The notes beneath the pieces are model-generated. The model did not search any database and was not told the DNA's origin. It saw only the letters and a list, made by a program, of their open reading frames with translations. Positions 41,218 to 50,194 of a stretch of DNA of 50,220 nt are shown here, one piece after another. Where the stretch lies: assembly GCA_964562105.1 (NCBI GenBank), contig CAZLRP010000003.1, positions 15,718 through 65,937 of the forward strand, written 5' to 3'. Source of the DNA: an uncultured Candidatus Saccharibacteria bacterium. Lineage in GTDB: Bacteria; Patescibacteriota; Minisyncoccia; Phycocordibacterales; GWA1-40-21. Each line of letters begins with the position of its first letter. Position 1 is the stretch's first letter. The position numbers and the translations under genes are program-made.

Positions 41218-42969
41218 TTACCTAAATATTTTCCAAAGATTGTTTGTCTCTATGTACCAGTTATTTATGTTTAAAAATCTTTCAAATGGCAAAGTAACAG
41301 TTCCAAGCGACAATTCCTTTATTTTTCCTGGTGTAATGTAGATAAAATCTGGCGAATATAAAAACACTGCAGGAACATCTTTTTGGATTTCTTCTGAAAA
41401 AGATTTATATTTATTAATTCTCGCTGATGTGTCAAGTGTTTTTCTGGCATCTTCTAAAAGCTTATCTACTTTTGTATTTGTGTACATGGCAATATTTAAT
41501 CCAGGATCATTTCTTTGAGAAGAATGCCAGAAAGCAAAGAAGTCCATATCTCTACCGATAACTTCTCCATAAAGAAGAGCCTCAAATTTTCTTGGTCTTA
41601 TAATATTTTGTTGCAAATCTCCGAAATCAAATTGATTGATTTCAACTTTTGCACCGATTTTCTCCCAATCGCTTTTTACTAGTTCAGCTGTTTTTACGAG
41701 ATCGGGACTGTTTAATGTGGATATTGTTATAGTAAGTTCTATCGTCTTTGTCTTACTTATTTTTTTACTCATTTTTCCTGTACTTGAACTCATTGTCCAT
41801 CCGGCTTTTGTCAATATGTTAATTGCTGAATCAGCATCTGCAGATGCGTTATTTTCTGTCTCGCTTATTAGACCGGCAGGTATAGGACTATAAAGGGGTT
41901 TACCATAACCAAACAAAACATTATTTACAATATTATTTCTATCCACAGCCAAATCTAATGCTTGCCTAACCTCTTTATATGAAAGAACTTCAGATTGATT
42001 TTGATTGAAGAAAACAGCGAAAATTCTTGGAAGAGGCGATGTCTGTATCTCTGAATTTTTCTGTCTGTCAATATCGGCTATCTTGTCTGGGGATATAGAA
42101 TTCATGAATTCTATCTCTTTTCTATTATATGCTTCTATCAAGGTTTTTTCATCTTTATAAAAATTTATTATAAGCTTATTTATAAACGGCCTGTTTGGGA
42201 CATATTTATCAAACGGAACCAATTCATAATAAGTAGGAATAAGTAGCATATTTTTCTTTAAAGTCTCCATTTTATTGATCTTGTACGGCCCTGAACCTAT
42301 CGGTTCCACATTGTATTGGCTTAAAGGAAATTGATCCGAATTCAAGTTGTCCCACAAATGTTTTGGCAAAATTCCAATGGTCAGGTTTTCTAAAAAAGGA
42401 GAATATGGCTGTTTCAAAATAAATTTAATAGTTTTTTCATCAACCTTTTCGACTTTCACATCATAAAATTCAGGTCTTACGGGACTTTTTGTTGTGCTGT
42501 CCTGTATTTTGTTTATTGTAAATTCAATGTCGTCGGTAGTGACTTTTATTCCGTCTTGAAAATAAATATCATCGCGAAGAATGAAAGTATAAATTAGTCC
42601 ATTATCGGAAATTTCATAGCTTTCGGCCAAATCAGGCACTGGCGTATTCTCTGAAGAAGATTTCATCAATCCTGAATATACAAGAGATGTTAAATCACGA
42701 TCAACATCTGATGTGGCGAGAATTGGGTTTACAAATCTAGGCGATCCTATGATGCCCTCTTTCAAAAAACCGCCATTTGCCGGAACTTGTACCGAAACCA
42801 ATTTGTTAACTTTATTTAATATAGTTAGTCCAGAAAATACGAAAATTATGCACAAAAAATAGAAAAAAAGCTTTTCAGATATACTGAATCCTTTGTTGAT
42901 TTTTGAGAGATCCTTTAAAAATTTAATCTCCCATGTTTTCTTGAGAATTTGTTTGATCTTTTTTTTCAT
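41218..42969 (-). CDS. Peptide ABC transporter substrate-binding protein (SBP family 5), N-terminally anchored
   Basis: NPILA..DRDLTSLVYSGL, PDLAESY, FQDG..VT.DD, PIGSGPY, VRQAL. Confidence 0.85.
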   Translation of the reverse strand: MKKKIKQILKKTWEIKFLKDLSKINKGFSISEKLFFYFLCIIFVFSGLTILNKVNKLVSVQVPANGGFLKEGIIGSPRFVNPILATSDVDRDLTSLVYSGLMKSSSENTPVPDLAESYEISDNGLIYTFILRDDIYFQDGIKVTTDDIEFTINKIQDSTTKSPVRPEFYDVKVEKVDEKTIKFILKQPYSPFLENLTIGILPKHLWDNLNSDQFPLSQYNVEPIGSGPYKINKMETLKKNMLLIPTYYELVPFDKYVPNRPFINKLIINFYKDEKTLIEAYNRKEIEFMNSISPDKIADIDRQKNSEIQTSPLPRIFAVFFNQNQSEVLSYKEVRQALDLAVDRNNIVNNVLFGYGKPLYSPIPAGLISETENNASADADSAINILTKAGWTMSSSTGKMSKKISKTKTIELTITISTLNSPDLVKTAELVKSDWEKIGAKVEINQFDFGDLQQNIIRPRKFEALLYGEVIGRDMDFFAFWHSSQRNDPGLNIAMYTNTKVDKLLEDARKTLDTSARINKYKSFSEEIQKDVPAVFLYSPDFIYITPGKIKELSLGTVTLPFERFLNINNWYIETNNLWKIFR

Positions 42970-43291
42970 CTCGTTTAAAGACAGGTATCGGTCGATGTCG
43001 TTTTCTATAAGAATTATTTATTTAAATTAGTCTAAAATATGCAATGTTACTCATTCTTTCCCTGTGGGCAACTGCGATTTCTAATGGGATTACACGAGTT
43101 AAAAATAATACTGATTTTTTTGAAATATTAATGTCTAGCTCAAATCAAATTCAAAGTGAAGGTGATGGAATCTGCCGGAGTGTGCTGAAATGTATCAGGG
43201 AGGTGAGAAAGAAAAAATTTTTGCCTCGGCAAGACTCCGAACTTTCTACAATCAGAAAATTAAAAATACGCGATTTCTTCTAAAAAATGAT

Positions 43292-43528
43292 TTATTTAAT
43301 TATGATGGTTACTAGGGAGAGCAGAGTAAAAAGCACGCTGATTACTATGGTTATATTAAAAATAACCTTCTCGGAACCCCTTCTTGTGTGATATCCGGCG
43401 TTCCAATTGTCAGCACCGCCAAAGGCGCCACCCGAACTGGCTTCTGATTGCTGTATTAAAACAGCAGCCATCAAAAGTACGGATAAGATTATCTGTATAT
43501 AAGGCAAATATGCAACTAAAGCTGTCAT
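43292..43528 (-). CDS. secG: Preprotein translocase subunit SecG
   Basis: VLIQQS..GGAFGG..TRRG.EK..TI.I.VLF. Confidence 0.9.
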   Translation of the reverse strand: MTALVAYLPYIQIILSVLLMAAVLIQQSEASSGGAFGGADNWNAGYHTRRGSEKVIFNITIVISVLFTLLSLVTIIIK

Positions 43529-43566
43529 TACGGAGATCAGTATAGCAAAATGGAGAAAAATATCAA

Positions 43567-43620
43567 CAGGGTAGTGAATCCTGTAGTTAGCTATGCTCTA
43601 CTTCAGGATTCACTACCCTG
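43567..43620. repeat. GTAG-type REP doublet (17-bp perfect IR)
   Basis: CAGGGTAGTGAATCCTG ... CAGGATTCACTACCCTG. Confidence 0.65.
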
Positions 43621-43775
43621 CAATATCCAGTTTATTTTTTGCCTACATTTAATAAAGAGTATATGGTTTTTTGTAAAGTTTTGTGGTACTATAGCATCCG
43701 TGGCTTTTTCTTTTTGTGTCAGACAGGCCTATTCTTGTTTTTCGAGGCGGGAATAATCAAATCAATTTAATAGTA

Positions 43776-43917
43776 AATCCGCACACTAACTCTGTCATTG
43801 TGTTTTTTGTTACCAAGAGAGATTTGCAAAATTATAAGCAAATTTTCTTGATAAAAGAAAATAATATCGTTAATTATTAAGAACACAATGTAACGATGAC
43901 AGAGTTAGTGTGCGGAT
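43776..43917. repeat. ATCCGCACACTAACT inverted-repeat element, copy 2, directly upstream of lemA
   Basis: 22-bp perfect arms ATCCGCACACTAACTCTGTCAT/ATGACAGAGTTAGTGTGCGGAT plus inner TGTGTT/AACACA. Confidence 0.8.
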
Positions 43918-43929
43918 AAAATCAAAAAT

Positions 43930-44487
43930 ATGACAGGATATATAATATTGGGTATTTTGGTAGTTTTTGTGTTTTGGGCGATTTTTGCTTACAATAAATT
44001 TGTTACTCTTATAAATAGAGCTAAAGAAGCATGGTCAGACATAAATGTACAATTAAAAAGAAGGTATGATCTTATTCCAAATCTTGTAAATACGGTCAAA
44101 GGATATGCTACTCATGAAAGCGAAGCTTTTGAAAATGTTACAAAGGCAAGGGCTCAAGCTATGGGGGCACAAAATATTGTAGATAAAGGTAAAACAGAAA
44201 ATATGCTCACAAGCGCTTTGAAATCTGTTTTTGCGGTGGCGGAAGCTTATCCGGATTTGAAAGCCAACCAAAATTTCTTATCTTTGCAAACAGAGCTTTC
44301 TGATACAGAAAATAAAATTCAAGCTTCAAGAAGATTTTATAATGGAAATGTCAGAGATTTGAATATTGCCGTAGATTCGTTTCCTAGCAATATTATCGCA
44401 AGAGCTTTTCATTTTGTAAAAATGGAACTCTTTACTCTAGACGAAAGCGAAGCTGCTGCAAAGCAACCAGTTGAAGTTAAGTTCTAA
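43930..44487 (+). CDS. lemA: LemA family protein
   Basis: YNKFV..EAWSDINVQLKRRYDLIPNLVNTVKGYA; AEAYPDLKANQNF; RRFYN..V. Confidence 0.95.
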   Translation: MTGYIILGILVVFVFWAIFAYNKFVTLINRAKEAWSDINVQLKRRYDLIPNLVNTVKGYATHESEAFENVTKARAQAMGAQNIVDKGKTENMLTSALKSVFAVAEAYPDLKANQNFLSLQTELSDTENKIQASRRFYNGNVRDLNIAVDSFPSNIIARAFHFVKMELFTLDESEAAAKQPVEVKF

Positions 44488-44527
44488 ATTAAACTGACAC
44501 CCGCTAAAAAGCGGGTGTCTTACGATT

Positions 44528-45448
44528 ATGGCGACATTATATACTCAACAAAATAAAAATATTCACAGAACATGGTTTTTAATGACTATGTTTTTTATTG
44601 TTATGGTTGCTTTGGGGTATTTTATAAGCTATTACTACAACAGTCCTGGTATTTTATATTTTGCGATAATTTTTAGCATAGTCATGAATGTTACGAGTTA
44701 TTGGTATTCAGACAAGATTGTTCTTGCAATGTCTCATGCTGTGGAGGCTAAACATGAAGAATATGTTGATTTGTATCACATTGTAGAAAATCTCTCTATT
44801 ACCGCAGGGCTTCCAATGCCAAAAATTTATGTTATCACTGACGCTTCTCCAAATGCTTTTGCTACAGGAAGAAATAAAGAACATGCAGTAGTAGCGGTAA
44901 CTACGGGGCTTTTGCAAATTTTAAACAGAGTAGAACTTGAAGGGGTGATAGCTCACGAACTTTCTCATATTGGGAATAGAGATATTTTGCTTTCAACTGT
45001 TGTGGTGGTGCTTGTAGGTTTTATTTCAATACTTGCAAATATATTTACGAGAGGGGGCTTAAGAAGTGGTGGTAATAAAAAAGGGGGTAGTGGTGGGATC
45101 ATTATGATAATAGGAATTATTTTTATCATTTTGTCTCCAATAATAGGCAAACTTATTCAGCTTGCTATTTCCAGAAAAAGAGAATTTCTTGCTGATGCTT
45201 CTGGCGCACTTCTTACAAGATATCCAGACGGGCTTGCTTCGGCGCTTCAAAAAATTTCAGATGCGAATATTCCAATGAAAAATCCAAATACTGCGACTGC
45301 TCATCTTTTTATTTCAAATCCATTTGGTAACACCGGTCACGAAAAGTCTACTGACCTCGTGACAAGCAAAAAAGTTTCAAATTTATTCAGCACTCATCCA
45401 CCAATAGAACAAAGAATAAAAGCTTTGATGGGGATGGAAGTAAAATAA
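44528..45448 (+). CDS. htpX: M48 zinc metalloprotease HtpX
   Basis: PNAFATGR, AHELSH, SRKREFLADA, STHPP; follows lemA. Confidence 0.9.
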   Translation: MATLYTQQNKNIHRTWFLMTMFFIVMVALGYFISYYYNSPGILYFAIIFSIVMNVTSYWYSDKIVLAMSHAVEAKHEEYVDLYHIVENLSITAGLPMPKIYVITDASPNAFATGRNKEHAVVAVTTGLLQILNRVELEGVIAHELSHIGNRDILLSTVVVVLVGFISILANIFTRGGLRSGGNKKGGSGGIIMIIGIIFIILSPIIGKLIQLAISRKREFLADASGALLTRYPDGLASALQKISDANIPMKNPNTATAHLFISNPFGNTGHEKSTDLVTSKKVSNLFSTHPPIEQRIKALMGMEVK

Positions 45449-45471
45449 TTTATATCATATTAAAAATCTGA

Positions 45472-45511
45472 AGGGGAATATAATGCGCGGTCGTGAACTT
45501 ATATTCCCCCT
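45472..45511. repeat. Dispersed hairpin element, copy 2 of 2963-3002
   Basis: AGGGGAATATAATGCGCGGTCGTGAACTTATATTCCCCCT. Confidence 0.8.
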
Positions 45512-45751
45512 ATTATTAAATTTTGAAAAATCCAAATAATAGAGTATTATCTGTGACGAGTCTGGAAAGTGTATCGTTTAATTTAATGGAGGGTGAGCTT
45601 GGGGTTGGGGCCCCAAGCGCAAGACCTGTGATAGTTTTATATGAGCGATAGCGAAATATAAAACAGAACAGGTGTACAGATTCTGTAAGAATCGCATAAA
45701 TTTTCAGCAGAAAAAGATTTGTGACCTAGTAGCGCAATTAATAATTTATTT

Positions 45752-45836
45752 GGAGACGTCGCATAGCGGTCTAGTGCGTTCGCTTGGAAAGCGAATGGGG
45801 TGAAAGCTCCCGCGAGTTCGAATCTCGCCGTCTCCG
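45752..45836 (+). tRNA. tRNA-Ser(GGA)
   Basis: Acceptor GGAGACG/CGTCTCC; anticodon TTCGC-TTGGAAA-GCGAA; long variable arm; T loop TTCGAAT. Confidence 0.95.
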
Positions 45837-45859
45837 CATCAAAATTTTAAACAAAAAAA

Positions 45860-45892
45860 CAGCCATCGCTTTTGTTAAAATAGCGATGGCTG
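45860..45892. terminator. Terminator between tRNA-Ser and the PEP-CTERM gene
   Basis: CAGCCATCGCT..AGCGATGGCTG. Confidence 0.7.
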
Positions 45893-45926
45893 CATTGCAT
45901 TGACTGCGACAAACTTAGAAGGGGAT

Positions 45927-46631
45927 CTAAGTTTGCTTCTTCCCGATTCCATGACGTGCGAATCCGATCATTCCTATCAAACCTGTTCCTAAAAGCATCA
46001 TGCTTCCAGGTTCAGGTACTGGGGAGCTACTTACTACATCATTTGCGCATGTGGCTGTACCCCACGTGTAGTTAAACGTTCCATTTGGATCATCTTGCCA
46101 AATACCAGTTTGGACTCTGATTCTATAATCAGGTGAGCCGGATAAAAGGCTATTCCAAACGACGGATCCTCCACCAAAGCTGGAATAACCATAGTTATTT
46201 CCCAAGGTTGCAATTTGAACCGGTATGTTATGGTTATATACATAACCACCGCCTGGATCAAAATTGTCGGAGATTTTATCAGTTCCGACGGCATACATAT
46301 TTCCTGCATAAAAACTACCATGATTTACCAATGGGAGTGCCCACAAATAGTCATTTCCATGATAGTTTTCTTTTATGAAAAAATCTGCTGGCTGTGTGTT
46401 CCACGCACCGACCGTTAGTCCCGCTTGAGGATAGTTAGTGAAAAGATCAAAAGCGATGCTCCCGTTATACACCCCCGGTGTGTAGTTGTACACATTGATG
46501 CCGAAGCTCTCAAATGTAAGAACTCCGATGGCATCGTTGTTCATGTCGTTGACGGTATAAGCTTGAAGGCTTGTTACCGCTAACAACGTTACAAGTAAAA
46601 ACATGGTTGCTAAGAAAACTTTTTTCATCAT
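45927..46631 (-). CDS. PEP-CTERM sorting domain protein
   Basis: Signal peptide; C-terminal VPEPGSMMLLGTGLIGMIGF followed by basic residues; SD GAGGAGGT; promoter TTGACT-N17-TATACT. Confidence 0.9.
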   Translation of the reverse strand: MMKKVFLATMFLLVTLLAVTSLQAYTVNDMNNDAIGVLTFESFGINVYNYTPGVYNGSIAFDLFTNYPQAGLTVGAWNTQPADFFIKENYHGNDYLWALPLVNHGSFYAGNMYAVGTDKISDNFDPGGGYVYNHNIPVQIATLGNNYGYSSFGGGSVVWNSLLSGSPDYRIRVQTGIWQDDPNGTFNYTWGTATCANDVVSSSPVPEPGSMMLLGTGLIGMIGFARHGIGKKQT

Positions 46632-46901
46632 CCTTACCTCCTCTTTCTAAATTTAGGTTCTACAACTTACAAACTTTTTTCACCCCCTTTTTTTATTTTA
46701 ACGTACTTTAAGAGTTACCCAATGTTAGGGAAAACCCCTGTATTTCTAATTGCGAGTATATCTTAAAGTGAATAAAAAGTCAATAGTTATTAATATACAA
46801 AATATAATGATCTGAAGCTAAAAAATAGAATAAAATTACTTTCCATATTTTAATTAATTTACATTTTTGTATTTTATATTAAAAAGATATATTATTATTT
46901 A

Positions 46902-47405
46902 ATGAGACAAAAGATTTTATCTAAAATAATTCTTCTTACAATTCTATTTGCAGTATTTTTTCTCGTATACATTAAATTTTATGACAGAGAAAAGATTTTT
47001 GTAAATAATGAAGTCCCAATATACCAGACGGTTTGCGGAAAATATAAAATAGGCGAAATAAAAATCAACTCTAAAATATTATCAGTAGATATTGCCGATA
47101 ATAATTGCAAGAGAAACCTCGGACTTTCCGGAAAATTATCTTTAAACGAAAGAGGAATGTTTTTTATTTTTGAAAAATTAGGAAATTATGGTTTTTGGAT
47201 GAAAGATATGAATTTTCCGATAGATATTTTGTGGATTGATGATAATTTTAACGTGGTTGGTATAGAAAAAAATATTGCTACAAGCACTTATCCGCAATCA
47301 TATGGCGAAAAATATTTAGCCCAGTATGTTTTAGAAGTATCAGCCGGATATTTTGACCGAAATAATGTAAAAGTTGGAGAAAAAATCGTTTTTAATAAAA
47401 AATAA
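46902..47405 (+). CDS. DUF192 domain protein
   Basis: DIAD..R.LGLSG..GMFFIF..FWMKDMNFPIDILWID..YVLEVSAG. Confidence 0.85.
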   Translation: MRQKILSKIILLTILFAVFFLVYIKFYDREKIFVNNEVPIYQTVCGKYKIGEIKINSKILSVDIADNNCKRNLGLSGKLSLNERGMFFIFEKLGNYGFWMKDMNFPIDILWIDDNFNVVGIEKNIATSTYPQSYGEKYLAQYVLEVSAGYFDRNNVKVGEKIVFNKK

Positions 47406-47418
47406 TTTGATTTGTTTA

Positions 47419-47647
47419 ACTTTTTGCAAGTTCGCCATGGCGAACTTGCAAAAAGTCCAGTTGGTCTGACGAAGATAAAACCTCTTTCTTTTTTTGTTAT
47501 ATTTGCAAAGTTATAGGAAGATGAATTTCAAAAATCAAAGAAAAAATGCCTTTTAAAGGCATTTTTTCTTTGATTTTGATAAAAGAAAAGTGCCATGTGC
47601 CGAGAAATATAATTTTTTTAGTCAAAAAAATTATATTTCTCGGCACA
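47419..47647. repeat. Three long perfect palindromes/hairpins
   Basis: 47419-47456 (19+19), 47531-47577 (23-bp stem), 47596-47647 (24-bp stem, AGTC loop). Confidence 0.8.
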
Positions 47648-47771
47648 GTATCGGCGCAGGGCTTTACACATTATTTTTTTTAGTTTGTTTTTGGTAAAAC
47701 GGCGTTTTTTCTATTCTTTTATGATCGTTTTGGGTGTAAAATTATTTCACAATTTTATTAATTAGTAATTC

Positions 47772-47906
47772 ATCCGCACACTAACTCTATCATTGTGTTT
47801 TTGTTGCTAAGTGGGATTCGTAAATTGATTACCAATCTTATTAGTAAACGGAAGTTAATGTTGTACTATAAACACAATGCAACGATGATAGAGTTAGTGT
47901 GCGGAT
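47772..47906. repeat. ATCCGCACACTAACT inverted-repeat element, copy 3, directly upstream of nrdJ
   Basis: Arms ATCCGCACACTAACTCTATCAT/ATGATAGAGTTAGTGTGCGGAT (compensatory change vs copy 2). Confidence 0.8.
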
Positions 47907-47915
47907 AAACAAAAT

Positions 47916-50189
47916 ATGGTCAAAACTGGAAGCGGCAGAGTAAACCTCATCGTGAGTATTAAAAAAAGAGATGGTCATGTAGTTCCTTTTGATTTATCAA
48001 AAATCACGACTGCTATAAATAAGGCGATGACAATTGTTGGCGAGGGATCTCTTGAGGAAGCAGAGCTTGTTGCGAATAAAGTTTTAGCTGAACTTGTAAA
48101 AATAGCCAAGAAATTCAAGGATTTTCTTCCGGATGTTGAAGGTATCCAAGATATAGTTGAGAGGGAACTTATCTTAAGTGAGTATGTAAAATCAGCAAAG
48201 GAATATATTCTTTACAGACAAGAAAGAAATAAACTCCGAAGTGTTGGAGTCCAAGTCTCTCCGAAATTAAAAAAACTTACAGCCGACAGTAAAAAATATT
48301 TTAAAAATCAACTTGGTGAATTTGTTTATTACAGAACGTATTCAAAATGGATTGATTCGGAAGGCAGAAGAGAAACTTGGATAGAGACGGTGGACAGATA
48401 TGTTTCTTTTATGAAAAACAAACTCGGAAAACTTCTGAAAGATTCCGAGTATGAAGAATTAAGAGACGCGATTCTCAATCAAGAAGTTATGCCGTCAATG
48501 CGACTTTTACAATTTGCAGGTCCTGCTGTAGACAGAACAAATGTCTGCGCTTACAATTGTTCTTTTATTGCTCCGTCTCTTTTAACAGACTTTGCAGAAA
48601 TAATGTATTTGTCAATGTGTGGAACCGGAGTCGGATTTTCTGTTGAAAGTCAAAATGTTCAATCACTTCCGCAAATTAAATTTCAAACAGGGAAAAAATT
48701 GCAAAAATATGTCATTGCGGACAGTAAAGAAGGTTGGGCCGACGCTTTAACTTTTGGTTTGAAAACTTGGTATGAAGGAAATGATGTAGAATTTGATTTT
48801 TCTCTCATTCGCCCTGCCGGTGCAAGATTAAAAACAATGGGAGGAAAAGCTTCTGGTCCTAATCCGCTTATAAGACTTTTAAATTTAACCAGAACAAAAG
48901 TTTTAGCTAAGCAAGGAAGAAGATTATCAAACCTTGATGCTCACGATATTATATGCGCTATAGGGGATTGCGTAGTGGCAGGGGGTGTAAGAAGAAGCGC
49001 TCTCATATCACTTTCCGACTTGGACGATGAGGCAATAAGAGATGCCAAAAAGGGTCAATTTTACCTCACAGAACCTCAAAGAAGCATGGCTAATAATTCT
49101 GCCGTATATGTCCAAAAACCTTCATCTACGGAGTTTTTTGATGAGTGGATAGCTCTTATGAAATCCGGCTCAGGAGAAAGGGGAATATTCAACCGAGGAG
49201 GACTTGCAAAAACCCTTCCTGAAAGAAGATTGAAAATCTTGGGCGGATACACAGGAAATCTGGGGACAAATCCTTGTGGAGAAATTATTTTACAGTCAAA
49301 ACAGTTTTGTAATCTTTCCGAAGTTGTGGCTCGTGTTCGCGATACCGAAGCGGATCTCATAAGAAAAATTAAACTTGCGACACTCTTAGGAACTTATCAG
49401 TCAACCCTCACGAATTTTCAGTATCTTTCAAAAGAATGGAAAGAAAATTGTGAGAAAGAAAGATTACTCGGAGTTTCCATTACAGGCCAGTGGGATTGTC
49501 CTATCGTGCGAAATGCGAAAATTTTAGCTAAATTAAAAAAAGAAGTATTAAAAGCAAATCAGGTTTATGCAAAAAGATTCAAGATAAACAGTTCTACTTG
49601 TACCACTTGCGTAAAACCTTCGGGAACAGTTTCTCAAACAGTTGACTGTGCTTCAGGCATGCATCCAAGATTTGCACCTTACTATATTAGAAGGATAAGA
49701 ATTTCCGCTACGGACTCGCTTTTCAAAATGATTAAAGAACAAGGAGTTCCTTATCAGCCGGAAGTTGGCCAGTCAAAAGAAAATGCAACAACTTATGTTT
49801 TTGAATTTCCTATTAAAGCCCCGAAGGATGCAGTTGTTTCAAAAGACATATCAGCAGTCAAACAACTTGAATTTTGGAAAATGGTAAAAGTAAATTATAC
49901 AGAACACAATCCTTCGGTAACTATTTATGTTGGCTCTGATGAATGGATAGAAGTGGCAAATTGGGTTTACAGTAATTGGGATATTATTGGTGGTTTGTCA
50001 TTCTTGCCAAGAAATGATTATGTTTATCCTTTAGCTCCATATGAAGAGATAACCGAAGAAAAATATAATGAGCTCGTAAAAAAAGTAGGGAACATCGATT
50101 TTTCAAAAATAGTCACTTATGAAATTGCCGATGATTCCGACATGAAAAAAGAATTGGCTTGTGCTGGGGGAATGTGCGAGGTGAATTAG
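47916..50189 (+). CDS. nrdJ: Class II (adenosylcobalamin-dependent) ribonucleoside-triphosphate reductase with an N-terminal ATP cone
   Basis: ATP cone KRDG..VPFD..KI; RTYS; AYNCSF; GGVRRSALI; GTNPCGEI; KPSGTVS; C-terminal CAGGMCE. Confidence 0.9.
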   Translation: MVKTGSGRVNLIVSIKKRDGHVVPFDLSKITTAINKAMTIVGEGSLEEAELVANKVLAELVKIAKKFKDFLPDVEGIQDIVERELILSEYVKSAKEYILYRQERNKLRSVGVQVSPKLKKLTADSKKYFKNQLGEFVYYRTYSKWIDSEGRRETWIETVDRYVSFMKNKLGKLLKDSEYEELRDAILNQEVMPSMRLLQFAGPAVDRTNVCAYNCSFIAPSLLTDFAEIMYLSMCGTGVGFSVESQNVQSLPQIKFQTGKKLQKYVIADSKEGWADALTFGLKTWYEGNDVEFDFSLIRPAGARLKTMGGKASGPNPLIRLLNLTRTKVLAKQGRRLSNLDAHDIICAIGDCVVAGGVRRSALISLSDLDDEAIRDAKKGQFYLTEPQRSMANNSAVYVQKPSSTEFFDEWIALMKSGSGERGIFNRGGLAKTLPERRLKILGGYTGNLGTNPCGEIILQSKQFCNLSEVVARVRDTEADLIRKIKLATLLGTYQSTLTNFQYLSKEWKENCEKERLLGVSITGQWDCPIVRNAKILAKLKKEVLKANQVYAKRFKINSSTCTTCVKPSGTVSQTVDCASGMHPRFAPYYIRRIRISATDSLFKMIKEQGVPYQPEVGQSKENATTYVFEFPIKAPKDAVVSKDISAVKQLEFWKMVKVNYTEHNPSVTIYVGSDEWIEVANWVYSNWDIIGGLSFLPRNDYVYPLAPYEEITEEKYNELVKKVGNIDFSKIVTYEIADDSDMKKELACAGGMCEVN

Positions 50190-50194
50190 TCATT

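Noticed and set aside
43044-43283. Plus-strand 79-aa ORF between the SBP gene and secG
   Set aside because: Opposite to both neighbours, no recognisable motif or start signal; probably spurious.
46034-46418. Alternative-frame ORFs within the PEP-CTERM gene
   Set aside because: Shadow ORFs of a well-supported gene.
47860-47900. NrdR box upstream of nrdJ
   Set aside because: AACACAATG belongs to the dispersed IR element also found before lemA, and does not match the acaCwAtATaTwGtgt palindrome.
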